DNA from: Octopus bimaculoides
Lineage: Eukaryota
Assembly (NCBI RefSeq): GCF_001194135.2
Contig: NC_068986.1
Location: forward strand, 115,780,070-115,844,069
DNA: 64,000 nt
Direction: 5' to 3'
The position numbers were made by a program, and so were the translations under genes. Under the pieces are notes generated by a model, which was not told the origin of the DNA, searched no databases, and was given only the letters and a program-made list of their open reading frames with translations. Of the stretch, positions 55,748 through 64,000 are shown piece by piece (the stretch's first letter is position 1; each line of letters starts with the position of its first letter).

Positions 55748-57323
55748 TGATATTAATATTACAACCAAATACAGTGTTAACTGATCAACCATAAACACCA
55801 AGCAGTAACACTTCGAATGACTGACCTACATAGATAGAAAGTAACTCTGAAGCCTAAATATGCTGACCAACAAGCCTCACCTCAAACCAGTTGCAGCAGA
55901 TGTGCGTCGGTGTCAGTGAACAGGCCACAATTGGTGCAGCAAAGATGCTGACACCAAATAACAAATGTTTAAGTGAAAGTAAAACCGTCTTTGTGTGTTT
56001 TTGAATGGTTAACATGTGACTTCCATGCTGTAATTGTTTCAGTTTCAACACAGTTTCAGATTAAATCACTCACCACACAAGTACATCTCCAAAATTCCAC
56101 TATCACTGTTAATCAACAATACTTTCAAACATGGCCAGACATTTTAAGAAGGATTTACTGTCCTAGTCAGAACATGAAGGGCAACAGCCAGGTCTTCTGA
56201 TAGTGGCAGAAAAAGTAGGGGTAAACCAGAATTTCTAGCTTAATCCAATGATCCAGGATCTCAATACTTGCAACAGAATAGATCCCACTTAACACCACTC
56301 ATAAGGCCAGAAGAGGGAAGTGGTGACAGTGGTGTTTAACCAGGCATGGGTCAAACGGACACAATTACGTGACTGGTACTTACTTTATTAAATCTACTAC
56401 ATGAAATGCCGCAGAATATTTACCTTCTCTTCTATTTATGGTCCAAACATTTACAGGTGAGACACAGACACACAAACACATGAGTCACAGACACAAACAT
56501 CAACAAGTGAGTCTCAGACACTAAACTACAGGTGAGTCATACACACATATACATTTGGATCACAGGCACAACTACAAGTGGATTTCTGGACAACTACAAG
56601 TGGATTTAGAGACAGCAAAAAAAAGGTTAAGTCACATCTTTAAATGATGTACACAATGAGAAATAGAAAATCAAGATAATTTTCTTTTTTAATTGTTTGG
56701 TCAAAGTAGAGAAGGCTATACTCATGGCCCTTTTTCAGGCAGTTCAGGGCAGGTAAGAGTAAAAAGAGAAAGTTATTTTCAAATCAAAGACCTGCCTCAA
56801 CTTCTTGCAACAGAGTGGACTCTGTCAAAGAATCCCAAGAGCCAAGTGCTGAGATACAGGGTAGGGTTTTAGAAGAAAATAGCTATGGCCGGCTGGTTTG
56901 ACCATAGAATATTACTGTTCCCTATTTTATGAAATCAATGATAGAAAATGAAACATTAGTATTGGTGGGGTTTGACCTTAAAACAAAAACAGTTTGGATA
57001 GAGTAGAAATAGAATCTACAGACCATAGCATCATTACCATCTTTATAGGTACAGAAATGGTTTTGTGATGTTCATGCTTTTCCTGTAGTCACCCATACAA
57101 AAGCCTAACAATACCATATCTATCTTAGGTATGGACTCAACATCTCTTACTAAACACACACACACACACACAAGAAGTTAGTTTATACACAGACTATATA
57201 CATTATAATTCCTGTCCCATGTTAAACTCACTGACCCCATACACTGCTCATATGAAAGGCTATGGATAACAGCCCTTTTCAATAAACATGCCAACAGAAA
57301 TTCAGGAAGTCTGAAATACTTAC

Positions 57324-57490
57324 CCACTTCATCTTGAAAATAGTGCATGGCCCCTTCAGTGGTATCATCATGTGATGAAGCAAGATGCCCTCCAGCAATG
57401 ATGTTGAAGAGTGCAGCACGCAGCGGTGGGGATCGTCGTGTGTGCACACGACGCATGTTCACACGACCGGTTTCTCGACGATAGCGACGC
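57324..57490 (-). CDS. PCNX: pecanex exon 3
   Basis: RRYRRETGRV..GGHLASSHDDTTEGAMHYFQDEV; phase 2 to 1. Confidence 0.92.
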
Positions 57491-57798
57491 CTTAAAAACA
57501 CAAAGAGAGATTTTTAGCCCCAAACATTCCAAACATATTAAGTTCTGTAGATTTATTTTGTCTCACTCAGTCAGCGTACATAGGTGAGAGACTATGCAGA
57601 TGACCTACTGGTCACACGTTCAAATCTACTCACAGTACTTTGGATCTTTACACACTTTATCAATCAACATACAAGGACAGGGGTCTGTCTATGCTAGGGA
57701 TGTCATGGCCTTTAGACAAGATACACTGCTCACCATAGTCTACTTAGCTGTGCGATATAACTTCTGCTGTGTTGCATCCTTAAATAAACACACCACTA

Positions 57799-58180
57799 CA
57801 TCATCATCGTTTAACGTCCGCCTTCCATGCTAGCATGGGTTGGACGATTTGACTGAGGACTGGCGAACCAGATGGCTGCACCCGGCTCCAATCTGATCTG
57901 ACAGAGTTTCTACAGCTGGATGCCCTTCCTAACGCCAACCACTGCGAGAGTGTAGTGGGTGCTTTTTACATGCCACCGGCATGGGAGCCAGTCAGGCAAT
58001 ACTGGCAACAGCCACGCTCAAAATGGTGTTTTTTACATGCCACGTGCACAAGAGCCAGTCCAGCAGCACTGGCAACGACCTCGCTCAAATGTTTTCTAAC
58101 ATGCTACTGGCACAAGTGTCAGTAAGGCGACGCTGGTAACGATCACGCTCAGATGGTGCTATTTACGTGCCACTGGCACA
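57799..58180 (-). mobile_element. RTE 3'-end-derived repeat (family B)
   Basis: Head-to-head with 58245-58840. Confidence 0.88.
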
Positions 58181-58244
58181 TGAGGAACAAAAAAATTTTT
58201 TAAAGCTGTCTTCAATCCAGCATTAGTAATATATTAGGGTTTAT

Positions 58245-58840
58245 TGTTTTACCCTTGCTTGTGAAGACCTATTGAGGCAAATGAAATCAAAATCAAAATT
58301 ACTGACGTGGTCGATGACAGTACCACCTGATTGGCACTCATGCCAGTGGAATGTTAAAAGCACATCTGAACGTGGGGTGTAACCGGCCCACTTATGAGTA
58401 CCCCAGTGGAACATTAAAAGCGTAATCGTAGCCAGGACCACGGATTGGCTCCTGTGCCAGTTACACATGAAAAGCACCATTCGAGCGTGATCGTTGCCAG
58501 CATCGCCTTACTGGCACATGTGCCAGGGGCATGTGAAAAACAACATTTGAGTGTGGTCGTTGCCAGTGCGGTCGGCCTGGCTCCCATGCAGGTAGTACGT
58601 AAAAACACCTTTTGAGCGTGGTCATTGCCAGAATCGCCTGACTGACCCTCATGCCAGTGGAACGTAAAAAGCACCCACTACACTCTCGGTGTGGTTGGCG
58701 TTAGGAAGGGCATCCAACTGTAGAAAGTTTGCCAGATCAGATTGGAGACTGGTGCAGCCTCTGGCTCACCAGTCCTCAGCCAAACAGTCCAATGCATGCC
58801 AGCATGGAAAGCGGATGTTAAATGATGATGATGATGATGA
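58245..58840 (+). mobile_element. RTE 3'-end-derived repeat (family B), long copy
   Basis: Ends gttaaatgatgatgatgat. Confidence 0.88.
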
Positions 58841-59469
58841 TCAATTTTCCACAACATACCATCTCTAGTTTCAATTTAAATGTGGGAATATTCACCATTA
58901 TTGTTTTAATGTCCACTTTTGCATGCTTGCACAGACTGGATGGAGTTTACTAAGGCAGATTTTCTACAGCTGGATGCTCTTCCTGTTGCCAACACTTGTT
59001 TGAAGCAAGGTAATATTTCCCTGAAGTCAGATATGTTTTTGCAGAATATTGGAAATGATTGACATTTCTTTACAAGAATTGTGCAATGTCAAGACAAGGA
59101 CACACAAACACCATCGCACATACATATACACGAATGATGGTCTCCTTTTAGTTTCCATCAACCAAATCCACTCACAAGGTTTTGGTTGGCTCAAGGCTAC
59201 ATTGTTGGAAGAAACTGTTTTTACAGAGATGTCCTTTACTATTTACAGAACCTTCCACTGTGGTGAGAGTGGATGCATGTTGTCAGTCAAGTGGACTGAG
59301 TTATGTACCTTACTCCATGCTTAAACACAACATTGATTTTTAACAACGAAGAAATGAGACAAGCCAACAAAGGAGCCTTTATATTGTCCCTAGATTACTA
59401 AAAATATTATCCAAACCTCACTCAAACTACACTTTACTGACTTCGAAAAAATAGAAAACAATGGACTAT

Positions 59470-59944
59470 ACAGTTCTATGTTTAAGAGATGAGGAATTAT
59501 TTACATTATTAACAATTGACGGATATTTGTCCTCATCTTGTTTATTGTTAACGTTTCATCTGATGTACCCTCCAGCCTTCATCAGGTGTCTTGGCGAAAT
59601 TTCAAACCTGGGTTCTCATTCCTAAGGTATTTGTCGTCATCGTTGTTGCTGTTATTGTTATTATTATTATTACTATTATTCAGGTCATTGACTGGAATCG
59701 AACTTGGAATCTTGGGGTTAGTAGCCCACGCTCTTAATCACTACGCAATATGCATACGAGCATATGGCAGTGACCTGAACAACAACAACAACAACAGCAA
59801 CAAAAATACCATTAGGAATGAGAACCCAGGTTCGAAATATCCCCAAGACACCTGATGAAGGCTGGAGGTGTATATCAGCTGAAATGTTGTGTTAACAATA
59901 AACAAGATGAGGACAAATGTCCATCAAATGTAAAAAATGTAAAT
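59470..59944. mobile_element. Palindromic tRNA/hammerhead element, copy 4 (most complete)
   Basis: Inverted arms ~59502-59632 and ~59804-59941; reversed tRNA-like module ~59680-59755; HHR-like cores on both arms. Confidence 0.9.
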
Positions 59945-60005
59945 GGACAATATGATCATGGCTGGCTGGTCTTATCAGCAATTCTCAAAGAATTTATCAA
60001 CAAAC

Positions 60006-60183
60006 CTTCGTGACTGTGAATCTTCTTTGTTTAGAATATCTTTCAGGGGTAGGAGAGCCGATGCCTCGGTTGGTGTCACAGATTTAGAATCCGTCGACCT
60101 AGTATCACCATCTTCCTGAGTGGTTCCACCTATAGCACCAAGTTCAGCCGGAGATGTTGCTTTGTCTTTCATCAAAGTTGGCT
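60006..60183 (-). CDS. PCNX: pecanex exon 2 (low-conservation N-terminal region)
   Basis: ctattttcag|..PTLMKDKATSPAELGAIGG..EDSQSR|gtttgt; phase 1 to 2 fits both neighbours. Confidence 0.72.
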
Positions 60184-60293
60184 CTGAAAATAGATTTTAG
60201 ATGATGCAGATCAAATCAAGGATTTCTAAAAGATAAGGAAACAATAAAATTTCTAAGATATTTCAAATACATTAACAGAAAACTTATTACAAA

Positions 60294-60685
60294 GGCACAG
60301 GAGTGGCTGTGTGGTAAGTAGCTTGCTTACCAACCACATGGTTCCAGGTTCAGTCCCACTACATGGCACCTTCAACAAGTGTCTTCTATTATAGCCTCGG
60401 GCCGACCAAAGCCTTGTGAGTGGATTTGGTAGATGGAAACTGAAAGAAGCCCATCGTATATATGTAGATATATATGTGTGCGTGCACTTGTGTTTGTCCC
60501 CCCACCCAACATCACTTGACAACCAACGCTGATGTGTTTACGTCTCCGTAACTTAGTGGTTCAGCAAAAGAGAGTGATAGAATAAGTACTAGGCTTACAA
60601 AGAATAAGTTTTGGGGTCGATTTGTTCAACTAAATTTTGGTGCTCCAGCATGGCCGCAGCCAAATGACTGAAACAAATGAAAGAG
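60294..60685 (+). mobile_element. SINE family A
   Basis: Matches 17441-17890. Confidence 0.85.
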
Positions 60686-60799
60686 TTACCAGATGCTTTC
60701 TAAGCCATTTGAGGAAGCTATTATCTTTGCTAGCAACAATGGGATTTTCTCTTCAAGTGAAGGATAAAATTCATGGGGCTTGTTTCCAAAATGAGATAT

Positions 60800-60830
<31 letters not shown>

Positions 60831-60849
60831 AGCAGCTTCATCACTGTGG

Positions 60850-61140
60850 ACGATGAATGTGGAGGATGTACGAAATAAGTGGGTACAGAAATGAGGTGAG
60901 TATGCTCCAGTGGACAGGCATTGTTAGTGTAAATGATTGATGGAGTACAAGGGAAGAGAGAGAAATACTGAGTGTATGAGGAACTGGATGGCTGTCCTGG
61001 TCTGGACAGCTGGAAGCTGACATTTGGTGAAGAAAGTATGAAGTGATCCAGGTGGAGAGAACTTGTAGAAGAGGAAGAATGTGAAAGAGCGCAATGTGAG
61101 GAAGGCTGAGTTCAAGAGGAAGAACTTCATGGAAAAAAGT
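60850..61140 (+). mobile_element. Old RTE-like LINE fragment
   Basis: agaaatgaggtgagtatgctccagtgg resembles agaaatgaagctagtatgctccgctgg at ~36370. Confidence 0.45.
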
Positions 61141-61271
61141 AACAAATGGAAAGCAACAAGAAACATGGAAGCATGGAAAAATGGATGTCAAATGAAGAGG
61201 AGGAGCAGGAGGGGGATTTATATATATGAAATTTTGTCTCATCTATAATCTGTCACAGTAAAATTAATAAG

Positions 61272-62090
61272 TGTAGGAGTGGCTGTGTGGTAAGTAGCTT
61301 GCTTACCAACCACATGGTTCCGGGTTCAGTCCCACTGCGTGGCACCTTGGGCAAGTGTCTTCTACTATAGCCTCGGGCCGACCAAAGCCTTGTGAGTGGA
61401 TTTGGTACACGGAAACTGAAAGAAGTCCATCATATATATATATCATCATCATCATCATTTAACGTCCGCCTTCCATGCTAGCATGGGTTGGACGATTTGA
61501 CTGAGGACCGGTGAAACCGGATGGCAACACCAGGCTCCAATCTGATTTGGCAGAGTTTCTGCAGCTGGATGCCCTTCCTAATNNNNNNNNNNNNNNNNNN
61601 NNNNNNNNNNNNNNNNNNNNNNNNNNNNNNNNNNNNNNNNNNNNNNNNNNNNNNNNNNNNNNNNNNNNNNNNNNNNNNGCCAACCACTCAGAGAGTGTAG
61701 TGGGTGCTTTTACGTGTCACCCGCACGAAGGCCAGTCAGGCGGTACTGGCAACGGCCACGCTCAAAATGGTGTATTTTATGTGCCACCCGCACAAGAGCC
61801 AGTCCAGGGGCACTGGCAATGATCTCGCTCGAAAATCATATATATATATATATATATATGCATGTGTGTGTGTATATGTTTGTGTGTCTGTGATTGTCCC
61901 CGCCAACATCGCTTGACAACCGATGCTGGTGTGTTTGTGTCCCCGTAACTTAGCAGTTCGGCAAAAGAGACCGATAGAATAAGTACTAGACTTACAAATA
62001 GTAAGTCCTGGAGTCGATTTGTTCGACTAAAGTCAGTGCCCCAGCATGGCCGCAGTCAAATGACTGAAACAAGTAAAAGAGAATAAGAGT
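61272..62090 (+). mobile_element. SINE family A interrupted by a family B insertion (61443-61834, - strand)
   Basis: SINE head 61272-61430 and tail ~61860-62090 are intact; atcatatatatata is duplicated at 61429-61442 and 61835-61848. Confidence 0.85.
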
Positions 62091-62212
62091 AAATCTGACC
62101 TTTTAACCTGCTTTCTTTGCTTTGGTCCTCATTCCGGTAATATGATTTTTCTGTGAAATAGAAATAATACATTTCTAAATCTCTCCGCATGATTTATCCA
62201 GTAGTAACACAA

Positions 62213-62352
62213 TAAAGTGGTGGTATGTTGTCAACCTAATGTGACAGTCCCATGAAAAGGAATAATACTACTGTTTTCTAGGGCTAAATAGCAGTAGAGT
62301 TATTCCCTTTCATGGGACTGTTACATTAAGTTGACAACATACCATCACTTTA
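62213..62352. mobile_element. Foldback MITE, TA-flanked
   Basis: ~65-bp arms taaagtggtggtatgttgtcaac.. / ..gttgacaacataccatcacttta, ~8-nt loop. Confidence 0.8.
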
Positions 62353-63326
62353 AAAATGGAAATAGTTTACAGTAAAAACACACCATATATAAATATATAA
62401 ATTAAATATGAAAATTTACAATTTTTCATTGCTTTTTTTGTAGTTGATAATTATACACACACACATACACACACAGAGGTTTGATAATACAGAAGAAATA
62501 ATGCTCAGTATGTGTGTATGTGTATATATGAGTACTGTCAGACAAAACAGATCCTGTTAATGGCACTGTCAATATAAGAAGTCACAAGAAGCAGTTAGTA
62601 ACTTCCAAGACTTGATGACTAAGTGGTGGGTCTTTTCAAGGGTTCAGTTTAAAATCTCAAGTGTTGGACTAGCACTACCATTGCAAAAGCATTAGGGAAT
62701 ATGGTTCTTATTGAACAAGGATAGCCCTGACTTCTTGCAGTCTGCTAGACTATTCCTTTAATGCTCTAGCTGTAATCAGAGCACCAGTATATGCAACATT
62801 CTTGCCAATTCCAAGATATTGGCAGCATTCAACATTGGAGTTAAAGGAAATAGACAGGGCATTGGTATCCATGTTCCTTGCCTAGTCAACAATTTTATCT
62901 CAACTAACTACCAAATATAAACATTTGTTTTGTTCTTCCGTCTTTGCTGGTGCCACATAAAAAGCACCTGTGATGGTGCCATGTTAAAAGCACCTGTGTT
63001 GGTGCCACATAAAAAGCACCTAATACACCCAGTAAAAGTGGTTGGCATTAAGAAGGGAATTCAGTCGAAGAAAGCATAACAAAACAAACAAGTGGTGCCT
63101 CGGGCAGCTCTTCCGGCCTGGCAGTTCCAGTCAAACTGTCCAACCCATGCCAGCATGGAAAACAGAAGTTGGCTGATGATGATTACTTGAATACAGCTGA
63201 AGGTTATCGACATCACAAAACGGTTTCGTGGTTCTTTCTGTCTCCTCTGCAGGTTCTCTCACATAGCCTTTGCAGTTCCGTAACAAGGATGGAAAAAGAG
63301 CATGGGTGCGCCGAAACCAAACTTAC

Positions 63327-63461
63327 TGGTTGGCTGGACAACAGCTTTCAGTTTGCGCATCTTCTCAGGGAATTCATTGTTATCATCCAAAATTTCAATG
63401 ATGTTTCGACAAAGAGTTTCTGGGTCGGGTGGATCAGGAGACGCTCCAAACGGCCCTTCAT
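63327..63461 (-). CDS. PCNX: pecanex exon 1 in window (further exons lie outside)
   Basis: caattacag|..EGPFGASPDPPDPETLCRNIIEILDDNNEFPEKMRKLKAVVQPT|gtaagt; phase 1 to 1; supported by splice signals and phase only. Confidence 0.62.
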
Positions 63462-64000
63462 CTGTAATTGTGAGGGTAAACAGAGAATATATAGAAATAA
63501 ATTACAGAAGTGAATCTACCAACAAAATATACACAACAGATCTAAGTTTAACAGAATGTCAACAGAAGACCAGAACAACAGATTCACACACATGGATAGG
63601 ATACCAAAAGAGACAAGCTGCTAGAAATAGCAGCCTAATCTTCTTGAAATTATATCTTAGCACCTTAACTAATGAAGATCACAAAGGATACATTTAATAA
63701 TGTTGTACCAGATATATTGACCAGTGTTGGGTTAGGGTTGAACAAATATAACCCTAAAACATCAGCTTTAGCCAAGAGTCAGACAAACAGAGCAGCCAAA
63801 AGTCACTTATTCTACAAAAGAGGTCAAGGTGCCAAAATCTGACCACAGCCACCACTACCCTCAGCCATGTTACCATAAAAACACACAGAAATATACACAG
63901 TTTAATAGACACTGATTTTAAAGATTGAATAAATACAATGACAAACCAGAAGAGAGAGAGAGAGACTGTTATATGAGGAGGGAGGGGCAGTTTCCACACC

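Noticed and set aside
59975-60175. Stand-alone 66-aa ORF
   Set aside because: Explained as pecanex exon 2 reading into the intron
62949-63020. 26-bp x3 direct repeat
   Set aside because: Internal tandem unit of the RTE 3'UTR (family B)

Overview
Microsatellite- and repeat-rich, AT-rich eukaryotic DNA with about 12 N-gaps. The repeat content suggests an octopus genome (inference). Two genes converge. (1) + strand, 453-5125: the last 3 coding exons of an SLC6 Na+/Cl- neurotransmitter transporter. (2) - strand, 63461 down to 21222: 30 phase-consistent coding exons of pecanex (PCNX), 4,793 nt spliced, about 1,600 aa, with the 5' end outside the window. PCNX splicing oddities: a probable U12 (minor-spliceosome) intron, a tandemly duplicated out-of-frame acceptor, a NAGNAG acceptor, and a 99-nt phase-0/0 exon clamped by ~95% identical inverted repeats. 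Repeats include RTE and CR1 LINE fossils, many RTE-3'-end copies, four tRNA-SINE families, hAT, pogo-like and foldback MITEs, and a Penelope GIY-YIG remnant. The most unusual item is a four-copy palindromic element. It joins a tRNA-like Pol III module to a tail whose in-window consensus folds as a minimal dimer-type hammerhead ribozyme, which suggests a Penelope-mobilised ribozyme SINE/retrozyme-like family. All alignments were done by eye; no database search or folding was run.
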